A stretch of 64,000 nucleotides of DNA from Candidatus Latescibacterota bacterium (GTDB lineage: Bacteria; Latescibacterota; UBA2968; GCA-2709665). Both the position numbers and the translations under genes were made by a program. The stretch covers positions 160,001 through 224,000 of the forward strand of contig CAXXXF010000014.1 of the NCBI GenBank assembly GCA_963667175.2, written 5' to 3'. The notes below the pieces were generated by a model. That model was not told where the DNA came from and made no database searches. It saw nothing but the letters and a program-made list of their open reading frames with translations. Below are positions 28,395 to 37,183 of this stretch, piece by piece; the first letter of the stretch is position 1, and each line of letters starts with the position of its first letter.

Positions 28395-28841
28395 CTGAGC
28401 GAGTCAGTCAGGAAAATCCAGGTCAGACGAGTGGACCCGACGCTGCCTCTGCCGCGCCATCAGACATCGGGTTCGGTCGGATTCGATCTGCTCTGCCGGA
28501 AGGACATGGTCGTCCCGCCGGGCGAAATCCGTCTTGTTCCGGCCAATCTCATCGTTGCGGTACCTCCCGGTTACATGCTCCTTCTTGCAGCCCGCAGCAG
28601 CCTGCCGCACAGAAAGGGCCTGATGGTACCGAACGGCGTGGGCATTGTCGATCAGGATTACCGGGGTCCCAATGACGAGATCCACGTCCAGGTCTACAAC
28701 TTTACAGGTCGTCAGGTGAGGGTCCAGCGCCTCGAACGGCTCGCACAGGGGATTTTCGTCCGTATCGTCCAGGCCGACTGGACAGAGACCGAAACCCTCG
28801 GCGCGTCCGACCGGGGCGGATTCGGGAGCACCGGACGCTAA
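28395..28841 (+). CDS. dut: dUTP diphosphatase (probable CTG start; ORF track start 28431)
   Basis: GFDL, ARSSL, GIVDQDYRG, RLAQG, RGGFGSTG motifs. Confidence 0.93.
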   Translation: MSESVRKIQVRRVDPTLPLPRHQTSGSVGFDLLCRKDMVVPPGEIRLVPANLIVAVPPGYMLLLAARSSLPHRKGLMVPNGVGIVDQDYRGPNDEIHVQVYNFTGRQVRVQRLERLAQGIFVRIVQADWTETETLGASDRGGFGSTGR

Positions 28842-28912
28842 CGGTACGGATAAGGCGGCCCCCCGGCTTATTGCTTGCCGGACGGGTCCGATTCACAGGC
28901 CGGAGCCGAGTC

Positions 28913-30136
28913 ATGGCACGCCAGTTCGACATTCCCGACTTCTACAAGAGTCCGGTTATCTCACGCGTGAAGGCGTTCAGGCAGATGCAGGACATGCGCA
29001 AACGGGACCTCTCGCCTTCAGTGCTCGACTTCGGCCCGGTACGGTTTCTGCTGGCCCGGCATTTCGGGTTCTGCTTCGGGGTGGAGAACGCAATTGAAAT
29101 CGCTTACAAGACCCTGGACGAGCACCCGGATCGACGCATCTATTTCCTCAACGAGATGATTCACAATTCGAACGTCAACAACGACCTGAAGGACAGGGGC
29201 GTGGAGTTTATTTTCGACCCGTACGGGATGCAACTCATCCCATGGGAGCATCTTTCTCGGGAAGACATCGTTGTGGTGCCCGCGTTCGGCACCACGTTGG
29301 AGATTCAGGAGGCCCTTGCCGCCCGCGGTATCGACGCCTACACGTACAACACGACGTGCCCCTTTGTGGAGCGGGTCTGGAACCGCAGCGCCAAACTGGG
29401 CGATTCAGGATTCTCCGTGGTCGTGCACGGTAACGACACCCACCAGGAGACCCGCGCCACCTTCTCCCACAGCGTCCGAAACGCGCCTACGGTTGTTGTC
29501 ATGGACGTGGAGGAGACGCACATCCTCGCCGACTTCATCCGGGGCGCCTCAGACCATGAAGCTTTTTTCGCACGATTCGGTCACAAGTGCTCCGAAGGCT
29601 TTGACCCGGACCTGCACCTCGATCGCATCGGAATCGTCAATCAGACCACCATGCTGGCTGCCGAGACGAGGCAGATCGCCGAGGTCATCCGCGAAGCCCT
29701 CGCGGACCGTTATGGTGAGGAAAACCTGCAGAATCACTACGCCGACACGTCGGATACGCTCTGCTACGCGACCAATGAAAACCAGAACGCGACCTACGCC
29801 CTGATCGACCAGGATGCCGACCTGGCGCTCGTCGTCGGCGGTTACAACTCGTCCAACACGTCGCACATTGTGGAGCTCTGCCTCGAACGGATGCCCACCT
29901 ATTTTATCAAGGACGCTGATGAGATCCGTTCGGAATCCATGATCCGCCACTTCAACCTTGAAACAAAAAAAACCGCCTTGACGACGGACTGGATTCCGGG
30001 AAATCGCCCCTTGTGCATGGCGCTGACGTCCGGCGCCTCCTGCCCGGACGCCATTGTCGACGCAGTGCTGTTGCGCGTCCTTTCCTTTTTCGAGCCCGCC
30101 CGCTCCCTCGACGACGTCCTCGCCCGCTACGCATGA
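28913..30136 (+). CDS. ispH: 4-hydroxy-3-methylbut-2-enyl diphosphate reductase (long type)
   Basis: FGFCFGVENAI, MIHN, TTCPFV, NQTTM, TLCYATNENQ, GGYNSSNT, TSGASCP. Confidence 0.95.
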   Translation: MARQFDIPDFYKSPVISRVKAFRQMQDMRKRDLSPSVLDFGPVRFLLARHFGFCFGVENAIEIAYKTLDEHPDRRIYFLNEMIHNSNVNNDLKDRGVEFIFDPYGMQLIPWEHLSREDIVVVPAFGTTLEIQEALAARGIDAYTYNTTCPFVERVWNRSAKLGDSGFSVVVHGNDTHQETRATFSHSVRNAPTVVVMDVEETHILADFIRGASDHEAFFARFGHKCSEGFDPDLHLDRIGIVNQTTMLAAETRQIAEVIREALADRYGEENLQNHYADTSDTLCYATNENQNATYALIDQDADLALVVGGYNSSNTSHIVELCLERMPTYFIKDADEIRSESMIRHFNLETKKTALTTDWIPGNRPLCMALTSGASCPDAIVDAVLLRVLSFFEPARSLDDVLARYA

Positions 30137-30151
30137 CCCGTCCATCGCCGT

Positions 30152-31384
30152 TCAGATGGATGTCAACGGCCCGAGCGCGACCATCGCCGCTTCCCCATCC
30201 AGCGGGTAACGCTCCAGGTATTCGGCGACCCGTTTCGGCGTCACGGCGTCGATCTCGGCCAGCTCCTCTTCCAGTGTTTTCAGCGGCGTACCGGTACTCA
30301 GGCTTCCAACGACCTGTGAGAACCGCCGGAGGCCGTGCTCGCCCCCGATCACGAGGGCGGTCGCCTGTCTGGTTCTGGACCTCGCAAGGGCTTCCTCATC
30401 CACACCCCGCTTAAGGGCGTCGATTTCCCGCCGCACGATTTCCAGCACCTGCGAGACGTTCTTCGGATCGACCGAGGCGTACACGTAAAACAGACCGGTA
30501 TCGCTGAACCCGTAAAAATCAGCCGACGCCTCGTCAGCCAACCCCTGCTGGACGACCGACCAGAACAGACGGCTGTTGGTGGCCGCGCCGAGGTAGTGGG
30601 AAAGCAGACCGGCGGTCGCAGACCATTCATCGGATTCGCACGGCGCGGGATAGGCCATGGCGATATGCTCCCGAATCACGTTCGGGCGCTCCAGAACACG
30701 CCTGCAAGGCCGAAATTCCGGCGCCGCCTGCTCCCGAGCCGCCTCACTCGGTTTCCAGGCGCCGCATTGGACGTCAGCCACGCGAATCATCTCGTCACGG
30801 TCAAATCTGCCGGTCACGATGAACGACATGTTGTCCGGCGCGTATCGATCCCCGAAATATTCTGACATCTGCTCCCGGGAGATCGACCCGACGGTGTGCT
30901 CGGTGCCAAGTACGCTCTGTCCGAGCGGGTGACCCGCGAACGCTTCCTGAATCAGTTCGTCGATAATCAGCGCGTCGGGCCGATCGCGGTACATCGCGAT
31001 CTCTTCGAGGATGACTTTCTTCTCCACGTCGAACTGGTCTTCCGGCAGCGTCGACCGCATCATGTCGGCCAGAATTTCCGCCGAATTCGCGGCCCGTTCG
31101 CTCTGAACCCAGTGAAAATAGGCCGTGCCCTCCCACCAGGTATACGCATTCCACATGGCGCCCAGATCGTCGACGTCGAGACTCAGCTGGCGCCAGTCCC
31201 GGCTTGCCGTTCCCTTGAAGCACATATGTTCCAGAAAGTGTGACACGCCGGCCAGGTTTGCGGGTTCGTCGCGCGAGCCGGTATGAACGTAGAATCCCAG
31301 TGCTGCGGAGTTTATCCTGGGAATCGCCTCAAATACCAGTTGAAGACCGTTATCGAGCGCGTGGGTGGAAAACGTTGACTGCAT
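30152..31384 (-). CDS. M16 family metallopeptidase, catalytic subunit
   Basis: GSRDE, GVSHFLEHMCFKGT (HxxEH), NAYT, EKKVILEEI. Confidence 0.92.
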   Translation of the reverse strand: MQSTFSTHALDNGLQLVFEAIPRINSAALGFYVHTGSRDEPANLAGVSHFLEHMCFKGTASRDWRQLSLDVDDLGAMWNAYTWWEGTAYFHWVQSERAANSAEILADMMRSTLPEDQFDVEKKVILEEIAMYRDRPDALIIDELIQEAFAGHPLGQSVLGTEHTVGSISREQMSEYFGDRYAPDNMSFIVTGRFDRDEMIRVADVQCGAWKPSEAAREQAAPEFRPCRRVLERPNVIREHIAMAYPAPCESDEWSATAGLLSHYLGAATNSRLFWSVVQQGLADEASADFYGFSDTGLFYVYASVDPKNVSQVLEIVRREIDALKRGVDEEALARSRTRQATALVIGGEHGLRRFSQVVGSLSTGTPLKTLEEELAEIDAVTPKRVAEYLERYPLDGEAAMVALGPLTSI

Positions 31385-31405
31385 GGAAATCTCCCGTCGT
31401 TCTGC

Positions 31406-32653
31406 TCAGGTACGCTGTACGTCCAGGGCTCTCGGCCCCAGTGTAACAAGCGTGGCCGGCGACGGCGGAAACGCATCGAGACAGGCTGGCACCCGGTCCA
31501 GCGTCACGCCGTCAATCCCTTCCGCAATCTGGTGAATGGAACGCGGCCGCCCATCCAGAAACAGGCCGTCCATCATACTGCCCACGCGGCCTTCCGGCAA
31601 ATCGCCGGTCGTGAACAACTGACCCTTCAGGACGGTCTTCGCCCGGTCGAGTTCGGCCTGCGTCACGTCCTCCGCGAGCCGCCCGACCTCCCGCCGGCAC
31701 ACGGAAAGGGTTTCATCCGCGCGTTCGGCCGTGGTGCCGGCATACAGCGCAATCAGACCGCCGCCCCGACGCGCCCGATAAGAGGCCGAGACACTGTACG
31801 CCAACCCCCGCTTCTCTCTGACCTCCGTGAACAGCCGGCTGGACCCGCTGCCAGAGAGTACGGACACCGCCAACTGGGCGGGATAGTAGTACTCGTGGCC
31901 CCGTGGCGCGGCTTCAAAAAGAATGCCGATGTGGGCCTGCTCGGACTCCTTGGGACGGTGTACGGACCGATCCGCCACGGATACCGGTTGTGGATTGCCG
32001 GGCGCCGGACCGGACCGACCCCAGTCGCCGAAAGCCTCTTCCAACGCGCTGAACATCTCTTCTGCCTTCAGGCCGCCGGCCACAGAGATCAGAAGACGCT
32101 GCGGGCCGCACAGTCGCCGCCAGAATCCTCGGACGTCGGACGGGTCGATAGCGCTAATCGTCGGGGCTTCTCCCAGCGGATTCCGCCCCATCGGATCCCC
32201 CAACCCGGCCTGATAGGCCATATACATAACCTGATGCGTCGGATTGTCTTCCAGACGCTTCAGTTCCTCCAGCGCAAGCGCTTTCGTCACCTCAACCTGT
32301 TCATCGGGAAACGATGCGCTGCGGAACACTTCGGCGAAAAGCCTGAGCCCTTCGCGAAAATGCCTGGGCAGGAGCTGCGCCTGAAACTCCGTGAATTCAA
32401 CGGCCGTCGCGGAGCCGCGTCGTACGCCAAGGGAATCGAAGGCGTCGTAGATCGAGCGCGCGTCGCGCGTCGGCGTGCCCTTCAGAAGCGTTTCTTCGGC
32501 GACCCAGGCCAGGCCCAGCCGGTCGGCAGGATCGTCTTTCGCCCCGAAGCCGAAACGGAACGCAACCACAACGGATTGGGCGCCGGGCATGGACTCGGCG
32601 ACGACCTCTATTCCATTATTCAACGTAGTTCGCTGCGGTTCAACTGGATGCAT
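31406..32653 (-). CDS. M16 family peptidase, non-catalytic partner subunit
   Basis: No HxxEH motif; has SSRLFTEVREKRGLAY; tandem with the catalytic subunit. Confidence 0.88.
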   Translation of the reverse strand: MHPVEPQRTTLNNGIEVVAESMPGAQSVVVAFRFGFGAKDDPADRLGLAWVAEETLLKGTPTRDARSIYDAFDSLGVRRGSATAVEFTEFQAQLLPRHFREGLRLFAEVFRSASFPDEQVEVTKALALEELKRLEDNPTHQVMYMAYQAGLGDPMGRNPLGEAPTISAIDPSDVRGFWRRLCGPQRLLISVAGGLKAEEMFSALEEAFGDWGRSGPAPGNPQPVSVADRSVHRPKESEQAHIGILFEAAPRGHEYYYPAQLAVSVLSGSGSSRLFTEVREKRGLAYSVSASYRARRGGGLIALYAGTTAERADETLSVCRREVGRLAEDVTQAELDRAKTVLKGQLFTTGDLPEGRVGSMMDGLFLDGRPRSIHQIAEGIDGVTLDRVPACLDAFPPSPATLVTLGPRALDVQRT

Positions 32654-32836
32654 AATCTTCCTTCCGTGGGTTGGCCATAGGCCGACGGACCGCTGGAAAC
32701 CGAAAGACGGAATATAGGCCAGGGAGCGGACAAAGGAAAGCAAAAACAGGTCGACAGATCGCACATTTCACGGCTTGAAGGGCTTCCCGGTCCTCCTCGA
32801 TCACCCGACGTGGGGTTCCGCGTTCCATCTTTCCAC

Positions 32837-32865
32837 TTGACACAGGCCGGGCCATTGGCTAATTT
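32837..32865 (+). promoter_or_regulatory. Sigma70 promoter upstream of the lysine riboswitch
   Basis: TTGACA-17 bp-TAATTT. Confidence 0.7.
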
Positions 32866-32880
32866 GTTGCTTTCCGACAG

Positions 32881-33058
32881 GCAAGGGTAGAGGCGCAGGT
32901 TTTCAAAAGTACCCGGTGATAACGAGGCGTAACCATCGCATCGGCGAAAGGGGAAGCCTGCCGAAGTCCCGAATCTGCTCCGCCGCAGAAAGGGGCTGGT
33001 CCACTTCGGATAAGATCCGATGGACTGTCACGGAAACCTCCGTGGAGTGCTCTCTTGC
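32881..33058 (+). ncRNA. Lysine riboswitch (L-box) aptamer
   Basis: Conserved blocks AGAGGCGC, AGTA, GAAAGGGG, GCCGAAG, GCTGG, ACTGTCAC, GTGGAGTGCT; P1 gcaaggg/ctcttgc; immediately upstream of dapA. Confidence 0.92.
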
Positions 33059-33079
33059 GCCATCCATGCTGGAACTTGC

Positions 33080-33127
33080 ACGGCCGGCCTTGCCTCCATC
33101 CTCCTCGGGAACCGGCTGTTTTTTTTG
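33080..33127 (+). terminator. Riboswitch expression-platform terminator
   Basis: acggccgg...ccggctgt stem followed by a T-tract between the aptamer and the dapA RBS. Confidence 0.65.
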
Positions 33128-33175
33128 CCCTGAAGGGTAACCCGGTTTCCCCCAATTCCACATGGAGGTGACCCC

Positions 33176-34213
33176 ATGTTATTCAGCGGATGCTATACGG
33201 CTCTCATCACACCCCTGGACGCCCACAAGGGCGTGGACGAACCGGGGCTGGAAAAGCTGGTCGATTTCCAGATATCACAGGGTGTCAGCGGCGTTCTGGC
33301 GGTGGGTACCACCGGCGAGAGTCCAACCCTCAACAGGGGAGAACACAACAGCGTCACGGATCGGGTCTGCGCGCTGGCCCGGGGGAAGTGCCGCGCCATT
33401 GCCGGCACCGGAGGGAATTCCACGGAGGAAACGCTGCGCGCCACGGAGCACGCCGCGCACGCCGGCGCCGATACCGCGCTGCTGGTAGACCCCTATTACA
33501 ACGGTCCCAGTTCGCTTGAAATCCGCCGGGAATACGTCGCGCCCGTCGCCGAAGCCTTTCCCGAAATCCAGATGGTCTCCTACGTCATTCCGGGCCGCTC
33601 GGGAACGAAGTTGCTCCCGGAAGACCTGGCCATTCTGCACCGCGGCTGCGAAAACGTCAACGCCGTCAAAGAAGCCACGGGCGACCTGGAAAACATGGCC
33701 CGGACCCGTGAAGTCTGCGGAGACGATTTCTACATACTCTCCGGCGACGATGACGTCACCTACGCCATGATGACCGACGCACGAATCCGTGCAGCCGGCG
33801 TCATTTCCGTGATGTCCAACGTGGTCCCCGGACCCATACAGCGCTTGACTCAGGCGATCCTCAACGACGATATGATTGAAGCGGACCGCCTTGCGGATGC
33901 CCTCAAGCCCCTCTTCGGAATGGTCACCATCCTTTCGGAGGAAGCGACGCCCTTCGGAACGACGCAGGTCAAGGCCCGCAACCCGGTGCCCATAAAGACG
34001 TTGATGAATATCCTCGGCATGCCGGCCGGTCCGTGCAGGCGGCCGCTGGGCCGGATGAACCACGGCGGACTGCGGCAGGTGCTTGAAATTGCCCGAACCG
34101 TGCAGGACAACAACCCTGAACTCTTTGCGCCCATCGAACGATTCTTCAACGTGGACATTTCAAACCGCGTCTCGGACGCCTCTGTTCTCGAAGACCTGGC
34201 GTACGCAGACTGA
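33176..34213 (+). CDS. dapA: 4-hydroxy-tetrahydrodipicolinate synthase
   Basis: TALITP, GTTGESPTL, AGTGGNST, PYYN, AVKEATGD, LSGDD, NPVPIK; lysine riboswitch upstream. Confidence 0.95.
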   Translation: MLFSGCYTALITPLDAHKGVDEPGLEKLVDFQISQGVSGVLAVGTTGESPTLNRGEHNSVTDRVCALARGKCRAIAGTGGNSTEETLRATEHAAHAGADTALLVDPYYNGPSSLEIRREYVAPVAEAFPEIQMVSYVIPGRSGTKLLPEDLAILHRGCENVNAVKEATGDLENMARTREVCGDDFYILSGDDDVTYAMMTDARIRAAGVISVMSNVVPGPIQRLTQAILNDDMIEADRLADALKPLFGMVTILSEEATPFGTTQVKARNPVPIKTLMNILGMPAGPCRRPLGRMNHGGLRQVLEIARTVQDNNPELFAPIERFFNVDISNRVSDASVLEDLAYAD

Positions 34214-34237
34214 CCCATGAATCCTGGAAGGAGTAGA

Positions 34238-36031
34238 ATGAGAAACGCACGTACCACGAACCGTAAACTGCTGGACTGGGTAGACGAAGCCGCGAAGCTC
34301 TGCCAACCTGATGACATCCACTGGTGCACCGGATCCCGGGATGAGTACGATCGGCTTGCCGACGTGCTGTGCCGTGCGGGAACCTTTATCCGGCTGAATC
34401 CGGACCGGCGACCCAACAGCTTTCTCGCCCGCTCGGACGCCGGCGACGTCGCGCGAGTGGAAGACCGCACGTATATCTGTACACCGAACGAAGAAGACGT
34501 GGGCCCCACCAACAACTGGCGCGAACCCGTTGGGATGAAACGCACGCTGAAGGGACTGTTCGCCGGTTCCATGCGCGGACGGACGATGTACGTCATCCCG
34601 TTCTCCATGGGGCCGATCGGTTCGCCCACGTCCAAGATCGGCGTTGAAATCTCCGACTCGCCGTACGTCGTGTGCAGCATGTTCATCATGACTCGAACGG
34701 GCGACGCGGTGGTGGATGCGCTCGCCGACGGCGACTTTCTTCCCTGCATGCATTCCGTGGGCGCCCCCCTCGAGCCCGGTCAGGCCGACGTCTCGTGGCC
34801 CTGCGACGCAAATCAGAAATACATCGTCCACTTTCCCGATGAGCCGTCCATCTGGTCCTACGGGTCGGGCTACGGCGGCAATGCGCTGCTCGGCAAGAAA
34901 TGTTTCGCCCTCCGGATCGCTTCAACCATGGCGCGGGACGAGGGCTGGATGGCCGAGCACATGCTCATCCTGGGTCTCACGTCGCCCGCGAACAGCAAAC
35001 ATTACATCGGGGCCGCATTTCCGTCCGCGTGCGGAAAGACGAACCTGGCCATGCTCCAGCCCACGGTCCCGGGCTGGAAGGCCAATTGCGTTGGCGACGA
35101 TATCGCATGGATGCGACAGAGTCCCGATGGCAGGTTGCGGGCGATCAACCCCGAAGCCGGATTCTTCGGCGTCGCCCCCGGCACCAGCCTGCAGTCCAAC
35201 GGGCACGCCATGGCCGCCCTTGAAAAAAACAGCCTCTTCACGAACACGGCGCTCACCCCGGAAGGCGACGTCTGGTGGGAAGAGATGACGGACGACCCAC
35301 CGCCCCAACTGGAAGATTGGCTCGGGCGCGCCTGGACGCCGGAGTCGGAGGACAAAGCCTCGAATCCCAATGCCAGGTACACCGCACCCGCCGCACAGTG
35401 CCCGGTTATCGACCCGGAATGGGAGAATCCGGAGGGCGTCCCCATGTCAGCCTTTGTCTTCGGCGGCAGGCGCTCAACGGTCGTTCCGCTGGTATTCGAA
35501 GCGCTGAACTGGAGGCACGGCGTCTTCCTGGGCTCCATTATGGCGTCCGAAACCACGGCCGCCGCCGCCGGCGCGGTGGGAAAGCTGCGAAGAGATCCCT
35601 TTGCGATGCTTCCATTCTGCGGCTACAATATGGGCGACTACTTCGGTCACTGGTTTAAAATCGGCGCCAGGCTGGGTGACAACGCGCCCAGGATCTTCTA
35701 CGTGAACTGGTTCCGCAAAGACGCCGAGGGTGGCTGGCTGTGGCCCGGATTCGGCGAGAACAGCCGGGTGCTCAAGTGGATCTGCGAGCGGATCGACGGC
35801 GCCGCCGACGCGGTTGAGACCCCGATCGGATATATCCCCACGGCCGACGCCCTGGATCTGGACGGCCTGCACGTCCCGGAAGCCGACGTCGAGGAACTGC
35901 TTTCCGTGAACCCGGAAGACTGGCGCGCCGAACTGCCGGATATCCGCAGGTTCTACGCGGGATTCGGTAATCGACTGCCGTCGGAGCTTCTAACGGAACT
36001 CGATGCTCTCGAGGAACGGCTGAGCACATAG
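34238..36031 (+). CDS. pckG: Phosphoenolpyruvate carboxykinase (GTP)
   Basis: [69 protein letters not shown]. Confidence 0.97.
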   Translation: MRNARTTNRKLLDWVDEAAKLCQPDDIHWCTGSRDEYDRLADVLCRAGTFIRLNPDRRPNSFLARSDAGDVARVEDRTYICTPNEEDVGPTNNWREPVGMKRTLKGLFAGSMRGRTMYVIPFSMGPIGSPTSKIGVEISDSPYVVCSMFIMTRTGDAVVDALADGDFLPCMHSVGAPLEPGQADVSWPCDANQKYIVHFPDEPSIWSYGSGYGGNALLGKKCFALRIASTMARDEGWMAEHMLILGLTSPANSKHYIGAAFPSACGKTNLAMLQPTVPGWKANCVGDDIAWMRQSPDGRLRAINPEAGFFGVAPGTSLQSNGHAMAALEKNSLFTNTALTPEGDVWWEEMTDDPPPQLEDWLGRAWTPESEDKASNPNARYTAPAAQCPVIDPEWENPEGVPMSAFVFGGRRSTVVPLVFEALNWRHGVFLGSIMASETTAAAAGAVGKLRRDPFAMLPFCGYNMGDYFGHWFKIGARLGDNAPRIFYVNWFRKDAEGGWLWPGFGENSRVLKWICERIDGAADAVETPIGYIPTADALDLDGLHVPEADVEELLSVNPEDWRAELPDIRRFYAGFGNRLPSELLTELDALEERLST

Positions 36032-36210
36032 AAGTCCGTTGAAAAAGTCGCTCTGCAGGCGAGGTCGAGTCATTGTGGCCGAAGACAAGGCGCGCGACCG
36101 ACGCGAATCCCCGGATTCGGGGAGGGAGCGCCTGCCTGCCGCAGGCAGGCAACGCCGTCATTCGGTCACAAGGGCCGGACGCAGACCGGATGGCCTTTGT
36201 CAACGGGCTG
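36032..36210. mobile_element. MITE family A, full copy, directly after the pckG stop codon
   Basis: agtccgttgaaaaag ... ctttgtcaacgggctg ends; near-identical to 25837-25990 apart from the central segment. Confidence 0.85.
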
Positions 36211-36252
36211 TCAGGGAGCCGGCAGCGAAGACAACCCACCCGGAGAATCCAA

Positions 36253-37059
36253 ATGACAAACCTGGCTATCTGCGGCATCGCGGGACGCATGTGCGGACGC
36301 ATCGCCCATCTTGCCATGGAATCCGACGACCTCGAGGTCGTCGGCGGGGTGGAGGCGCCCGGTAACCTCGCCATCGGACGAGACATCGGCGAGATTCTGG
36401 GAACCGCGCAAACGGGTCACCACGTTGTCGACAACCCGGAATCCGTCGTTGAAAACGCCGACGTGGTCGTCGCCTTTACCGCGCCCCCCGACGGCACGCT
36501 GGACGCCGCACGGATCGCCGGGAAAGCGGGCAGGCCCATGGTGGTGGGCACCACCGGCATGTCGGCTGAGCAACTTGTCGAATTCGAAACGGCCCTTAAG
36601 GACGTCGCCTGCGTTTTTGCGCCAAGCTTCAGCATTGGCGTGACCGTACTCACGAAGCTCGTCGAAGACGCCGCACGTATGATGGGCCGGGGGTACGACG
36701 TGGAAATCGTCGAGGCGCATCACCATTTCAAGACCGACGCGCCCAGCGGAACCGCCCTCGCGCTGGCGAAGGCAGCGGCAGCGGGCCTGGGTCGAAACCT
36801 GGAGGACGTGGCCCTTTTCGGACGACACGGAGAAGTGGGCGCCCGCACCGGGGATGAAATCGGCATCCATGCCATCCGCGCCGGGGACCTGGCGGGAGAG
36901 CATACCGTCATCTTCGGCGGCACGGGCGAAATCTTCCAGCTGGTTCACCGCGCGCAGAGCCGGGATTCCTATGGCGTGGGCGTCCTCGAGGCCATCCGGT
37001 TTGTCGTGAACGCGCGCCCGGGGATGTTCACCATGCGGGACGTGCTGGGCATCGAGTAA
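36253..37059 (+). CDS. dapB: 4-hydroxy-tetrahydrodipicolinate reductase
   Basis: GIAGRM, VVGTTG, EIVEAHHHFKTDAPSGTA, HAIRAGD, GEHTVIF. Confidence 0.95.
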   Translation: MTNLAICGIAGRMCGRIAHLAMESDDLEVVGGVEAPGNLAIGRDIGEILGTAQTGHHVVDNPESVVENADVVVAFTAPPDGTLDAARIAGKAGRPMVVGTTGMSAEQLVEFETALKDVACVFAPSFSIGVTVLTKLVEDAARMMGRGYDVEIVEAHHHFKTDAPSGTALALAKAAAAGLGRNLEDVALFGRHGEVGARTGDEIGIHAIRAGDLAGEHTVIFGGTGEIFQLVHRAQSRDSYGVGVLEAIRFVVNARPGMFTMRDVLGIE

Positions 37060-37183
37060 GGAATCTCGCGAGGCACGTGCGTACCAGACGGCTCGCCGGC
37101 GTTAACGCCGATGCGCAAGACGACAGACTTGAGACGCAGCGGGAACAGTCGAGCACCTTATGTAACGTGAAGGGAGGCCCAGA

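Noticed and set aside
36073-36252. N-terminal extension of DapB in the ORF track
   Set aside because: The extension is translated MITE sequence; the real start is ATG 36253 after GGAGA.
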